This document shows positions 1 to 13,568 of a stretch of 57,921 bases of DNA, one piece after another (position 1 is the stretch's first letter; every line of letters begins with the position of its first letter). The translations under genes were made by a program, and so were the position numbers. This DNA comes from Octopus bimaculoides (lineage: Eukaryota): NCBI RefSeq assembly GCF_001194135.2, contig NC_068987.1, positions 88,539,954-88,597,874 of the forward strand, written 5' to 3'. A model generated the notes under the pieces. That model had not been told where the DNA came from. It ran no database searches and saw only the letters and a program-made list of their open reading frames with translations.

Positions 1-110
1 TATATATATATATATATATATATTTACATACACACACACATATATATATATCTTTATATATATATACATATATATATATATATTTGCATGAATGTAGAAT
101 GCATATATAA

Positions 111-149
<39 letters not shown>

Positions 150-322
150 CGTGTGTTTGTGTGTGTGTGTGTGTGTGTGTATGTGTGTATGTATGTGTAT
201 GTATATATGTATGTATGTATATGCGAATATAATATGTATATATAAGTTTTTAAAAGCAAATGGGCTGACGGAAGACAGCGTTTGTTTAAACATTTTCTCT
301 ATACGTTCGATAACAGTTGTCA

Positions 323-950
323 CTAATTCTGATTTAGTTTTGGATTTAAAATCTTTACACAAAAGAATTTTGTTTTCTTAATTGATAAATCATTCCTATA
401 TTTTGAAAAAGAATACATTTTGAAAGTCCAGTTAGCACAAAGGTGTAGAGTTTCACAACCAGGAACATTCCTAACCGACGGACCTTTGACTTGTTCTTTA
501 TGTTCTCTGACTCGGTCCAGTAATTCGCTCCGTATTTGGCCAATGTCGTTCTCATTTCACTATGGGCATATAATACAGTAAATGAGATATTTTGTTAGAT
601 ATTCCGTAAATTTGATGATTGGTGTAAGATGACTGGCTATCATTTTGGTAGATGTAAGGCGTTGTAGTTTCTGGAAGTGTGGGTTACTACAAGTGGGGTA
701 TCTTTGTTTGTATCTTCCTCCACATGGTGAGAAATTCTCCGTAGATCAGGAATTAGGATTTGTTTTGCTTTGATTATGGCATTATGTTTGGCATTTTTGT
801 CTCTAGAGGAATATTTTTCTTTTAGACACCCCCAGAGACAAACATATCTGAAAAACTTAATATGTAAATGTTCCAGAATAATCTGAATTGGGTATAAACG
901 ATACTGTTTGAAATATTTTGAAATTTCTCAGCCTTGCCAAGTAACTCGGT
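323..950 (-). mobile_element. Penelope-like element fragment, GIY-YIG endonuclease region, decayed
   Basis: Minus frame reads SPCGGRYKQRYPTC...YLIYCIICP**NENDIGQIRSELLDRVREHKEQV...KLNQN*, the GIY-YIG pattern (IYCI.C..C...YIGQT...L..R..EH) with stops. Confidence 0.75.
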
Positions 951-1011
951 TTATAGGAAAAGCATAATACGAGAAAACGAATTGCGGGGCGTGGGGGAGA
1001 GTATCTTCCAG

Positions 1012-1048
<37 letters not shown>

Positions 1049-2361
1049 ATATAACGGCTTCCGAGGAGGTGAAGAGAAAGATTTCGTAATGTTTCTATAA
1101 CTATTACGCGATTATTTCAGCATTTTCATGAAACGCGTGTCCTATAAAGCTTTGAGCACCATACTTGTTTTCTGATCTCACACACACACACACATATGTA
1201 TATATATATANNNNNNNNNNNNNNNNNNNNNNNNNNNNNNNNNNNNNNNNNNNNNNNNNNNNNNNNNNNNNNNNNNNNNNNNNNNNNNNNNNNNNNNNNN
1301 NNNNNNNNNNNNNNNNNNNNNNNNNNNNNNNNNNNNNNNNNNNNNNNNNNNNNNNNNNNNNNNNNNNNNNNNNNNNNNNNNNNNNNNNNNNNNNNNNNNN
1401 NNNNNNNNNNNNNNNNNNNNNNNNNNNNNNNNNNNNNNNNNNNNNNNNNNNNNNNNNNNNNNNNNNNNNNNNNNNNNNNNNNNNNNNNNNNNNNNNNNNN
1501 NNNNNNNNNNNNNNNNNNNNNNNNNNNNNNNNNNNNNNNNNNNNNNNNNNNNNNNNNNNNNNNNNNNNNNNNNNNNNNNNNNNNNNNNNNNNNNNNNNNN
1601 NNNNNNNNNNNNNNNNNNNNNNNNNNNNNNNNNNNNNNNNNNNNNNNNNNNNNNNNNNNNNNNNNNNNNNNNNNNNNNNNNNNNNNNNNNNNNNNNNNNN
1701 NNNNNNNNNNNNNNNNNNNNNNNNNNNNNNNNNNNNNNNNNNNNNNNNNNNNNNNNNNNNNNNNNNNNNNNNNNNNNNNNNNNNNNNNNNNNNNNNNNNN
1801 NNNNNNNNNNNNNNNNNNNNNNNNNNNNNNNNNNNNNNNNNNNNNNNNNNNNNNNNNNNNNNNNNNNNNNNNNNNNNNNNNNNNNNNNNNNNNNNNNNNN
1901 NNNNNNNNNNNNNNNNNNNNNNNNNNNNNNNNNNNNNNNNNNNNNNNNNNNNNNNNNNNNNNNNNNNNNNNNNNNNNNNNNNNNNNNNNNNNNNNNNNNN
2001 NNNNNNNNNNNNNNNNNNNNNNNNNNNNNNNNNNNNNNNNNNNNNNNNNNNNNNNNNNNNNNNNNNNNNNNNNNNNNNNNNNNNNNNNNNNNNNNNNNNN
2101 NNNNNNNNNNNNNNNNNNNNNNNNNNNNNNNNNNNNNNNNNNCGTTTAGGGAAAAATTTGTAGTTTAGAATCAGTAGTTCTTTGACTGCTATTTCTAAAT
2201 TTTCAGTATGTTGGAGAAGCAAATCAATGCTAATCCCTGTATATTTATGATGATAAATGGTTTTACCGATAAAGGTTTTTTCATACTGAACTACTTGGCA
2301 AAATTGTTAATTATTAATTCTATTATTAATTGACGACTCCCTGCCCTTATTCTTGTATATA

Positions 2362-2401
<40 letters not shown>

Positions 2402-3139
2402 CACATCTATATATAAACACATACTTACGCATATTTACACATGCATAGACACTCGCATACATATGTACACACGTAACCGATGCATATTGAAGAGAGAGAA
2501 ATGGATGTGTGTGTGTGTGCGCGGGAGAGAGAAAGCGACAGAAAGAGAGAAACAGAGAGAGAAACAATCAGACAGTTAGAAAGACAGAGACAGTGAGAAA
2601 GAGCGAGAAAATGAGGGAAAGAGAAAGAGAGAGAGATAGATAAAGAGAGAGTTTTTTGTTTTCTTTATTCAAGTATATTGAAGTGTTCTCTCTTGAGTGG
2701 TGGTGGTGGTGGTGGTGGTGGTGGTGGTATGTGTTATCAATCATTTAGACAAATAGCAAATTCGACAGTGTGAAAAATGTCTGAGCAAAACGGCAAAGTA
2801 TGGGCATGGAATATGAAATAGCAACTCAATGTCAATGTAGAAAGACATAGATGTATCAACGTGTGGGTTTATGTCTCATTCTATAAATAAAAATAGAGTT
2901 AGGTTCGTGTAAAAGAGAAGAGTGTGGGTAAATGAATGGGCGCTTATACGTCTATGAGTGAATGAGTGAATATGTGTGCGTGTGCGTGTGCGTGCACGTG
3001 CGCGTGCACGTGCGCGTGTGTATAAGTATATATATGTCTACTTATTTGTTTATATAATAATAATAATGATGATGATGATGATGATGATGATAATAATAAT
3101 AATGGTTTTAAATTTTGCCACAAGAGTAGCAGTTTTTTG

Positions 3140-3323
3140 TGGCGGGGGAAGGATGAGTCGATTACATCGACCCCCAGTGTTCAGCTGGTACATATTTTAT
3201 CGAGCCTGAAAAGAGGAAATGTAAAGTCGACCTCGACGGAATTTGAACTCAGAACGCAGCGACGAGAGAAGTACCGCTAAGCATTTCGTCCAGCGTGCTA
3301 ACGATTCTGCCAACTCGCTGCCT
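3140..3323 (-). mobile_element. SINE family A (tRNA head ggcggcgagctggcagaa)
   Basis: A-box/B-box-like head and shared core ctttcatcctttcggggtcgataaa; about 22 copies in window. Confidence 0.85.
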
Positions 3324-3341
3324 TATTATTATTATTATTAT

Positions 3342-3405
<64 letters not shown>

Positions 3406-3406
3406 T

Positions 3407-3472
3407 CACAGACACGACAGAGCTGGGACCTATATACACTGGAAGCTATGCCAACACTATGGAATAACAACA
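3407..3472 (+). mobile_element. R4/Dong-like LINE fragment (5'-truncated, runs into gap)
   Basis: HRHDRAGTYIHWKLCQHYGITT (RHD motif upstream of the RLE endonuclease), starting directly after (AAT)n. Confidence 0.7.
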
Positions 3473-3803
3473 NNNNNNNNNNNNNNNNNNNNNNNNNNNN
3501 NNNNNNNNNNNNNNNNNNNNNNNNNNNNNNNNNNNNNNNNNNNNNNNNNNNNNNNNNNNNNNNNNNNNNNNNNNNNNNNNNNNNNNNNNNNNNNNNNNNN
3601 NNNNNNNNNNNNNNNNNNNNNNNNNNNNNNNNNNNNNNNNNNNNNNNNNNNNNNNNNNNNNNNNNNNNNNNNNNNNNNNNNNNNNNNNNNNNNNNNNNNN
3701 NNNNNNNNNNNNNNNNNNNNNNNNNNNNNNNNNNNNNNNNNNNNNNNNNNNNNNNNNNNNNNNNNNNNNNNNNNNNNNNNNNNNNNNNNNNNNNNNNNNN
3801 NNN

Positions 3804-3862
<59 letters not shown>

Positions 3863-3884
3863 TAATGATAATTATAATAATAAT

Positions 3885-4029
3885 ATGGGTACTGCACACA
3901 TTCTACGTAAAACACTTTCAATACAGTAAACATAAGAGCACCACAGCAAACCACAGCACATATCCAAGGCGCACAGAGCTGCGCTCGGTAGTGAAGTGAA
4001 AGCACGTTATAAAAATAAAACTACTGAAC

Positions 4030-4030
<1 letters not shown>
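3885..4030 (+). mobile_element. R4/Dong-like LINE extreme 3' end plus 3'UTR
   Basis: MGTAHILRKTLSIQ* then UTR; (AAT)n on both sides. Confidence 0.65.
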
Positions 4031-4085
<55 letters not shown>

Positions 4086-5285
4086 GGGGAGCATCAGAGC
4101 CATGTGTTGAGCGGAATTCTTTGGGGTTTGGATAATTCACCTTTGGAAATATGGGTGTTTCGTTTGACATCCTTGAACAACCCTTATTCAGGGACTTTTG
4201 AGCGGGATGGGCTACTCGACTTGAAGGAAATTCAAACTGGGTCCCACCTCGAGGTCATGCACTCACACACACATACGCATACATAAATGTATATTGTGTT
4301 TGAATACATCTTCGAATTTTAAAGAAGTAACGACGTTTATGCTACCGACAATAAAGTAGCTAAATGTATGTAGATATAGAAATTTGCAGAGAAATATTTC
4401 TTTGGTCATAGATCTGTCATCTTGCTTCAATGTAAAGTATGAAAAATGATAGTACGACGTTACTTCTAAAACACACACCATTGTCATTTCACTAACAAAA
4501 CATAACATAAAACACAAAGATAAACACATTTACATTCACAGGCATCGTGAATTCACTTGTCTGTCCTCCTGTTTACTTTTCTATGTATGTTTACGTATGT
4601 ATGTATGTATTATACACACACAGAGACACATACATATACATCTGTATACGTATAAACACACACATGCACACGCGCATATATACACATTTATACATGCATA
4701 CATATAAATACACACATATACATAACGGATGCCTATTGACGAGGCGGATAGAGAAGTGGTTGTATATATATCTATATGTGTGTAGGGAGAGAAAGAAAGA
4801 GGGGGGAGAGAGGGAGTTTGTCTAATTTTTCTTTAACGAAGTATTTGAAACAATGCAACATATCAAAATAATGCTTCTACATCTCCATTCAGAGTTGAGG
4901 GCCGCCATCTAGTCATGATCAAGTATGCTCTAGTTATACGTTGGTCCAGAGGTTCTCAAGCTTTTCACAGTGGTTTTCAACAGTGGTTCTCAAACTTTTA
5001 TTCAAATGAGTCTTCACACGGACCTCTTTTAATATGTCTCTCCTTCTGTATATATATATTGCATTTCTAAATCTCTGAGAGAGACTTATAGAGTAGCAGC
5101 ACGATAAAGTGATGGTATGTTGCCAACTTAATGTGGAAGTCTCAAGAAAGGAAGAATGCTACTGCTATTTAGCCTCTGGAAACACCGTTATATATATATA
5201 TATGAAATTTTGAATTTAGTTCACGGATCCCCGGTACTACCTTTTATTTAAATGAGTTTTTCCCACGGACCTGTTTTAATATGCT

Positions 5286-5337
<52 letters not shown>

Positions 5338-6118
5338 CATATATNNNNNNNNNNNNNNNNNNNNNNNNNNNNNNNNNNNNNNNNNNNNNNNNNNNNNNNN
5401 NNNNNNNNNNNNNNNNNNNNNNNNNNNNNNNNNNNNNNNNNNNNNNNNNNNNNNNNNNNNNNNNNNNNNNNNNNNNNNNNNNNNNNNNNNNNNNNNNNNN
5501 NNNNNNNNNNNNNNNNNNNNNNNNNNNNNNNNNNNNNNNNNNNNNNNNNNNNNNNNNNNNNNNNNNNNNNNNNNNNNNNNNNNNNNNNNNNNNNNNNNNN
5601 NNNNNNNNNNNNNNNNNNNNNNNNNNNNNNNNNNNNNNNNNNNNNNNNNNNNNNNNNNNNNNNNNNNNNNNNNNNNNNNNNNNNNNNNNNNNNNNNNNNN
5701 NNNNNNNNNNNNNNNNNNNNNNNNNNNNNNNNNNNNNNNNNNNNNNNNNNNNNNNNNNNNNNNNNNNNNNNNNNNNNNNNNNNNNNNNNNNNNNNNNNNN
5801 NNNNNNNNNNNNNNNNNNNNNNNNNNNNNNNNNNNNNNNNNNNNNNNNNNNNNNNNNNNNNNNNNNNNNNNNNNNNNNNNNNNNNNNNNNNNNNNNNNNN
5901 NNNNNNNNNNNNNNNNNNNNNNNNNNNNNNNNNNNNNNNNNNNNNNNNNNNNNNNNNNNNNNNNNNNNNNNNNNNNNNNNNNNNNNNNNNNNNNNNNNNN
6001 NNNNNNNNNNNNNNNNNNNNNNNNNNNNNNNNNNNNNNNNNNNNNNNNNNNNNNNNNNNNNNNNNNNNNNNNNNNNNNNNNNNNNNNNNNNNNNNNNNNN
6101 NNNNNNNNNNNNNNNNNN

Positions 6119-6187
<69 letters not shown>

Positions 6188-7206
6188 CCTGTGTATGTGA
6201 AGTAAAGTTTAAGTAGTGTTTTTACAAGGCGCCAGAAAGTGTATGGATGTGTGAAGCGGGGAGGGATTTGTAAAGGAAGTAAAATGTGTGGGAAGTATGT
6301 TTGGGATATGTACGAGGCGTCTTCGGTGAATGTGTGTATATAAGATATTTGTATACAAGGTTGGATCGCCATATTTATTGGTTATATAGCTTATGTAAAG
6401 GTTAAGTCCAGTGTATAAATTGTTTATATATAGTGTTAGCACAAGATTTGCTGCATAGATTATTTTGAGGGTTCATCTGTTATATAAATTGTTTATACAC
6501 AATGTCGGCTTCGGATATGAACTGGATATTCTCAAAACTGGATATACACAAAATTAGGGAAGTGAATAGGCTTTATATTTTTCTTTTCTGTTTTATTTGG
6601 TTTAGTCATATGATTGTGGCCATGCTGGGGCATCCCCTTGAAGGGTTTAGTCGAAGAAATTAAATCCCAGGATTTATTTTTTGAAGTCTCGTTCTTATTC
6701 TGTAGGTGTTTTTTGCCGGGGTTATGTTACAGGGACGCAAACAAGCCAACACGGGTTCTCACACACACATATATATTCATACATACATTATTTTCCATTC
6801 CCTTTCGAAATTAACCCTAATAGCGGTTTGGATTTTAACTATTCCTTCTAGCGGGTTAGATGTCCTATTATGGCCATCTCTTATGTGTTTACATGTACAC
6901 TGTATTTATATGAATAATATATAGACTATTGACTAGCTTTTTTCTTCAAGCTAGACCACTGGTAGCAAAAAAATTTCTAAATAATTTCTTGGTACCCTGA
7001 AAAAAAAAAAANNNNNNNNNNNNNNNNNNNNNNNNNNNNNNNNNNNNNNNNNNNNTATATATATATATATATATAATTTCAATACGGAGCAAATAATTCA
7101 GGAGAAAATATTTGCGAAGATATTATTGACTCTATTATTATCTAGTTTAATAATTAAAAATGATAATAACAGAATCAATAATTTATATATATATATATAT
7201 ATATAT

Positions 7207-7360
7207 ACGGTGGGCTTTCACACAGTTTCCGTTTACCAAATTTACTCACCAAGTGTATTGGTCAGCCTGGAGCTAGAGTAGAAAATAACTGCTCAAAATG
7301 TCGCGCAAAGGGATTGAACCACTGACCACTTGGTTGCAAAGCGAACTAATAAACCGCACA
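7207..7360 (-). mobile_element. SINE family B 5' half, diverged
   Basis: Reverse complement of head and core; similar copies at 18620-18772 and 35580-35730. Confidence 0.65.
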
Positions 7361-7541
7361 AATACGTCTATATTACAAATTTAACAGAAAATTACTGTTA
7401 GTTTTTCTGTTCTTTTGCTTTTTAGATTATCTTTTTTATCGTCCAATTAGAAAGCGAGGACGTTGATTAATTCTAAAATGAATTATCAACTTCATAAAAT
7501 CCATTTCAGTGACGGATTGCTTTTAATTTAATATTGTAAAG

Positions 7542-7947
7542 AAATAGAAGATTATCAGAGATGCATTTTACTTGAATGTAATAATGTTACCGTTGTTGAG
7601 GGTTCATTGATAAATTCAAAAACGAATAAATAAATTAATTAATTAATGAATTCATCATTTTGGCATGCAAGATATGTTTTCAATTATACTTGATAGAGAT
7701 TTTGAAGTGATAAAATACTGTAATGTTATTTATGCGAAAACTACACCGCAAATAACTGAAAAAGAAACAATTGCATTTATTGAAGCTGATCTTTTCAATA
7801 GCGTTGGTAATGGAAACACTGAGGAGAATACAATAATATAAATTAAAAGACTTGATTGCTACTTTATGTGCTATAAATAATCTGTTCAAAGAAAAGACGT
7901 TTGCAACAACAGATACTCAAATACAATTGGCCAGGTTTATGTTTCTG
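7542..7947 (+). CDS. Three possible short exons (7542-7601, 7672-7806, 7892-7934/7947) separated by 70 and 85 nt AT-rich introns
   Basis: Phase-1 junctions keep one open frame; donors GTAATG and GTATGA are good, the first donor GTTCAT is weak. Confidence 0.25.
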
Positions 7948-8161
7948 GTATGATGCCATCTTCATCGTCTGCATTAATGTCTTCACGTTTTGTCTTTTTA
8001 TGAAAATCAGTGAAAATAAATTTATTAAAATCATCTTAAAACAAAGATCATAAAAGATGAAAATAATTACTTTGGTCTGTAATATTTATAGAAATGTTCG
8101 ATAAAAGAAATTAGTTTAATGACACATTTTTACAATACCTTTTACAAAATATTTCTGCAAA

Positions 8162-8830
8162 TATTGGGTTGTTAGATAAATTTGTTCGTTTCTTTCATTT
8201 ATTTTAATCCTTATTTTTATCAACAATTTTAACAAATCAGTCAAAAACATATCCTCCGTCATTGTTCACGACTTCTTGCCCAATGCTCCACTAACTTATC
8301 AATGCGTTGTCTCTAGAAACCACGGTCCTGATTGGAAGAATTCATCAAGTCATGTTTTCAACTCTATATCATTGTTAAACGAAACGCTTCATAGACTGTT
8401 AGAAAGTCACTGCAAAAGATGATAACCTGAAGGCCCTACATAAAAAGAATATGGTAGGTGCAATAGACCTTACCAACCTAGCTATTGCATAGCATTTTTG
8501 GTCAAATTAGCAACGTTGTGATGAGCGTTATCGTGTTGAATAAGCACGTCGCTGGTCGGTGTGTTTGGACTGTACTCATCGAGTGAAAGTGACGGCCGAC
8601 GGTATCACGAGAGCATCCCATCTGCTGACCCAATTAGTTAGTGGATTGGTGCGGATCCACGAGGATGAATTCGACCAGTCACGCCTCATTGAACTGAATA
8701 GGTCAGCCGGAACGCAAAGTTTGTGAGGTTGAATTTCCACTCCTTGAAGCGTGAAAACCATTTTTGTGCAGTTCTTTCAGTAATAGCACCTTCTCTATAG
8801 ACAGCACAAATATCTCAAGTGGCTTGGTTG
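8162..8830 (-). mobile_element. Mariner transposon, internally deleted
   Basis: Minus: DICAVYREGAITERTAQKWFSRFK (HTH), then QHDNA, PSGYHL, IDKLVEHWA..NNDGGY; TIR-like tattgggttgttagataaatttgttcgttt at 8162-8191. Confidence 0.8.
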
Positions 8831-9086
8831 ATGCGCACAAGGATTGTGAGAGAGTAGCAGACAGAAAAGGGGCGGGTACAAAAAACAAAACCCTACAGAA
8901 TGGTTCAAGGTGTAGAGTTTGTCTGACATCGTCTGGATTTCATGAATGCACCAAATTTTTATGTCACCTTTGAACTGTCCCAAATTTATTGGGCCATTGT
9001 GGCCAATAAAAAAATGCACAATATTGTTGTTGTTGTTGTTATTATTATTATTAATATCATCATCAACATCATCATCATCATCATTA

Positions 9087-9256
9087 AGGCGGCGAGCTGG
9101 CAGAAACGTTAGCACGCCGGGCGAAATGCTTAGTGGTATTTCGTCTGCCGCTATGTTCTGACTTCAAATTCCGTCGGAGTCGACTTTGCCATTCATCCTT
9201 TCGGGATCGATAAATTAAGTACCAATCAAGTATCCCCCTTCCCACAAATTATTTAC
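9087..9256 (+). mobile_element. SINE family A
   Basis: Same head and core. Confidence 0.85.
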
Positions 9257-9259
9257 CTT

Positions 9260-9321
<62 letters not shown>

Positions 9322-9324
9322 TTA

Positions 9325-10470
9325 TTTTTAATCTGCAAATTTGCTACAATCACTTACTGAGACACACCCAGCGTCCTAGGGCGAGTGAAGGATAAGAGAT
9401 GTTACAGTATGATTGAAAGCTTGGGAAGGGGAAATGGCAGGGGCAATAGCGAAATATTTTCATGTAATATAACACAGATATTTAAATAAATAGGCCTTTT
9501 TCTAAGGTTCTGGGCAGCACAATCTATCGGATTTCTCTGAGACATGGTTCTCCTGGGATCTTACCTAGATGTTTCTGACATCGCATTTTTATCATACCTA
9601 GGGCACCTACAATAACAAGAACATTTCCGCTTTAAGATTCTACATCTTTTGTTTTTCAATTTCCAGGTCCTTATATTTACTAAATTTCTCAAATTCTTTT
9701 ACAGATATATTTTTATCAGTGGGAAGACTTAGATCTATCAATCTACAAGTGTTTTTTTTTTCTGTCTTTAATAACTATGTCTGGTCAATTAGCCTGGATC
9801 GTCTGGCTGTGTTGACTGGAAAATCCCAGATAGTGACATTTTTACCTTCAACGACAAGCTCAGGATGATGTTCATACCAGTAAGCAGGAGTGTTGATCAT
9901 GTAGTGTTTACATACTTTCCAATGTAAAAACTGTCCTACCCGATCGTAGCGATTTTTGTATTAGTTTGGTGTCTCGAGACGAGATGGTCTACTGTTTCGT
10001 CAAATGTGTCACAAAATCTTCATTTAGGGTCAGAATCATTTTGAAGAACGTTAGCCTGGAATCTTTTGGCAAGCAAGCTTTGATCTTTTGCCACTAATAT
10101 GAAACCTTCAGTCTCTGCTTTCAGTCCTGAATTTCTCAGTCACTGATGGGCTGATGCGTTATCTACATCAACATTTCGACTTCGTAGTATATTCTGTCCA
10201 TGCAGAGGCTTCTGGCTCCACTGATCCTCAATTTGTTTCTGGCCTTTCTTTTCGCAATCTGCTTGATCCATTTTGGTTACTTTGTGGCAGTGGTTTCAGG
10301 TTCTTTATCTGTTCCAGGGTTAATGCCAAGTTCCCTTGAGAATTTGCAAGCTTCCTTGACAATAGAATGTCGTTTTTTGCTGCTTTCGTGTTTGCACACA
10401 AGCACCTCTTGTCTTGTAGTTGTAGAAGTGGTATGCTGCTGGATGGTAGAGGTAGTTGGGCGCTAATCAA
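9325..10470 (-). mobile_element. R4/Dong-like LINE 3' fragment (CCHC plus RLE region), pseudogenised
   Basis: Minus: LRNSGLKAETEGFILVAKDQSL, K*RFCDTFDETVDHL, YDRVGQFLHWKVC, HHPELVVEGKNVTIWDFP, VIVGALGMIK..HLGKIPG; tail runs into (AAT)n (TTA on +, 9262-9320). Confidence 0.85.
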
Positions 10471-11905
10471 TATACCTTACTGTGATATATTCGTGTAAAG
10501 TCATATAACGTGTTCGAATACACCTGGATGTGAGAAGAGCGTCTGTTGCTCTGCTAGTCTCAGGAGAACATTCTTCTCTTAGTCATGGGTAAAATACAAA
10601 ATGGACCGTGAATAACGTGATTGGATCATACAATGCATGCGTTTCTTTATCGAGACACATTGTTAGCTACGAACACCAAATCTGTCACTTTTAGCCCGAT
10701 AAGTAGAGATTATTCTAGTTAAAAGAGTATATGAAGAGTTTGCTGAAGTGCATAAAGGTTGGTAAACAGAGAATTAAATAAATACTGTCATACGAAGAAG
10801 ATTTGAATAAAATATGTTTCAAATAAAGTCATATTCAACGCTTCGAATGCACTCGGATGTGCGTGGGCCTTTCGCTGTGGAGCTAGTCTCGGGAGAGAAT
10901 TCTCGTCGAGTGCACTAGAACGTGTTTAATATAACTTTATACCATTATATTTCATTCAACGCTGCTTCGTGTGGCGTTATTTACATTTTTCTTTATTTAG
11001 TTACGTCCTTGAACTCAAATCTAGGAGTCAGCATTGCATAGTTTTTCTTTGTAGGTCGATAAAAACATATAAATCATGGCTAGTTGCCGGCAAATTTTTC
11101 TGCTCTGAAAAAGGATTTTATCCTTTATATATACACTTCAGTATTTACGTGTTAAAAAAAAATATATCTTTCTACTTGTTCTATAAAAATCAAATATTGA
11201 TAAGCGATTCAGTAAAACTACAGTATTTCACTAAAATGTGTGCTGTTCAGAAAATGAAACTCTGAGTGGTCGCTCGATCTGCTGAGAACAGTTCCTAAAT
11301 TACTCTTAAATCATACATTATTTTCTTAAAGAAAAAACAGTATCGCATTACAGATTGTAGTTTCGTTGAATGTGTCTGAAAATAAGAAAGAATAGTTGAT
11401 AAGACTATAGATTTTTAGGATAAGACGAAACAACAGCAACAATAACAACAGCAGTAGCAGCACCAGCAACAATAACGACACAACAAGATGTATTGTGTCA
11501 ATATAAAACAGAATTATAAGCGGTTGTATTAATTTTAGTAACAACGGTATTTATCTATATCCATTATTCTTCCATCTTTGTGTGTCTTTGTGTCGTGTAT
11601 GTACATATATGTGTATGTGTGTATGAGAGGAAATGTGTGCGTGTGTGTGCGCGCGTAGGAGGAGAAGAAATGAGATAAGTGTTTTTAAAAAAATGTTTTC
11701 TATTGAGCATAAAATCAGTTTGTGTGTGTGTGTGTTTGTATGAGCAACTACATACACACGCATGCACCACAAATACACACACACACGTACACGCAAACAC
11801 ACACAACACATGCGTACATACACACACGCAGATAGATGCAAATCCTCAATGAATCGTTTATTTGTATAGCCTTGTATTTATCGTAGAATTTGTCTTTGTA
11901 CAATA

Positions 11906-11956
<51 letters not shown>

Positions 11957-12072
11957 GCTGTTGCTACTGCTGTTTTTCCTTATTGGCCACAAACATATTG
12001 CGTTAGACGTGTTACACAAAGGAGGTGCAACCCTTATGGGATGTATATTCATACCTCGTATATGGATTGTAG

Positions 12073-12150
12073 TCAAATGTGATACGCAAAAATATTGAAG
12101 CGAGTTATGAATATTGTAAAATAAACAAAGGCCAAAACATCTGCGAATGG
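12073..12150 (+). CDS. Candidate exon (SNVIRKNIEASYEYCKINKGQNICEW)
   Basis: Strong donor TGG|GTAAGA, weak acceptor ggattgtag|; 78 nt phase 0-0; C-x8-C-x-W pattern. Confidence 0.3.
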
Positions 12151-12480
12151 GTAAGACTAGGGAACTTCATCACCCTAACTATATTCTACTCCGTTGATTT
12201 ACTGCAAAAAGGATCTGCCAAAATTATCCGTGTATTCTGTCGGTTTTCGCCAAACCGCGAAGGGCCCTTTATCGTATAGACCAATGATTCTCAACCATTT
12301 TCACCAGGTAGATGCCTTTGGTTCCTATTTTATTGTAATGGACTTCCATAGCCATTTGCTGTGTTTGAAACGAAAATCTTACTGTATTTTTATGATTAAA
12401 TATTATTAGGAATTCTATTTAAAAAATTATAATATCTGGTGTGTTGTAGACGTACAGCCAATTTATTTCATGTAAATATT

Positions 12481-12648
12481 GGTTTCAAATTTTGATATAA
12501 GACCAGCAAGATCGGGCGGAGTTGGGTAAATCGATTATATCGACCCCCAGTACTCAACTGGTACTTTTTTTTATCGACCTCGAAAAGATGAAAGGCAAAG
12601 TCGACCTCGGTGGAATTTGAACTCAGAACGTAAAGACGGACAAAATGC
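12481..12648 (-). mobile_element. SINE family A, 5'-truncated
   Basis: Core and 3' tail present; abuts a family C copy. Confidence 0.75.
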
Positions 12649-12649
12649 A

Positions 12650-12850
12650 CAACAGAAACAGGAAGAAAGAGTGAGAGAAAGTTGTGGTGGAAGAGTACAG
12701 CAGGGTTCGCCACCATCCCCAGCCGGAGCCTCGTGGAGCATTAGGTGTTTTCGCTCAATAAACACTCACAACGCCCGGTCTGGGAATCGAAACCGCGATC
12801 CTATGACCGCGAGTCCGTTGCCCTAACCACTGGGCCATTGCGTCTCCACC
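12650..12850 (-). mobile_element. SINE family C 5' half
   Basis: Reverse complement of head. Confidence 0.8.
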
Positions 12851-13568
12851 AAGCACCAATGGCCTAGACAGTTAATTCTTTAGCAGTCCATAGACCACTG
12901 ATGTGGTCTTCAACAGTCGTATAGTCTACAGTTATGTCTCGTATTCGTGACTATTTCTCTTTAACCAGTACGGTAGGTAGGTGTTTTTTTTAGTCCCGTC
13001 ATTACATCGAGTAATATGCGTTAACTTTCTCCTGTTCTTGTACTCCGAGGAGTGAGAAACCTTATGTTTTTGTTTAGGTATTCCCATTCTCCTGTTAACC
13101 TGTTTTCTGGGCTTATTTGTTGTGTTCCATCTTCCTTTTCTAATGTCCTTTACGGTTTCAGCTCTTCATTTCATCGACCTCATTGACCCATGACGATGGG
13201 AAGGAAATGGTCGGTCGGGTCATTCGCGGGAGGCAAAGACATTTTCTTCTCCATCTGACGTCGTTGAAACTGAGAACGAATGTAATTTCTTCATCTCTCT
13301 CCTCAAAGCTGCAATCAGTGATGCTATGGAAACAACAGCAACCATAATATATTCATATTCATATCATGGTTTTGTTTTGAACTCACGACCTAAAAATTTG
13401 TAACAAATATTGAGAAGCATTTCGTCAGACATTCTCGTAATTCTTCTAATCCACCGCCCTGTATATAATAATAGCGATTTATTCTAACACAAGCAGAATT
13501 TTGGTCAACTGTGTTTTTTATTCTTCTGGAATCATTGAATAAAATACTAATTAAAAACTAAGGACAGA

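Noticed and set aside
1104-6372. Long ORFs of the track spanning N-runs (also 14893-16139, 27767-28631, 33323-35754, 45233-46149, 51049-52101)
   Set aside because: Open only because N codons contain no stops; flanks are microsatellite translations.
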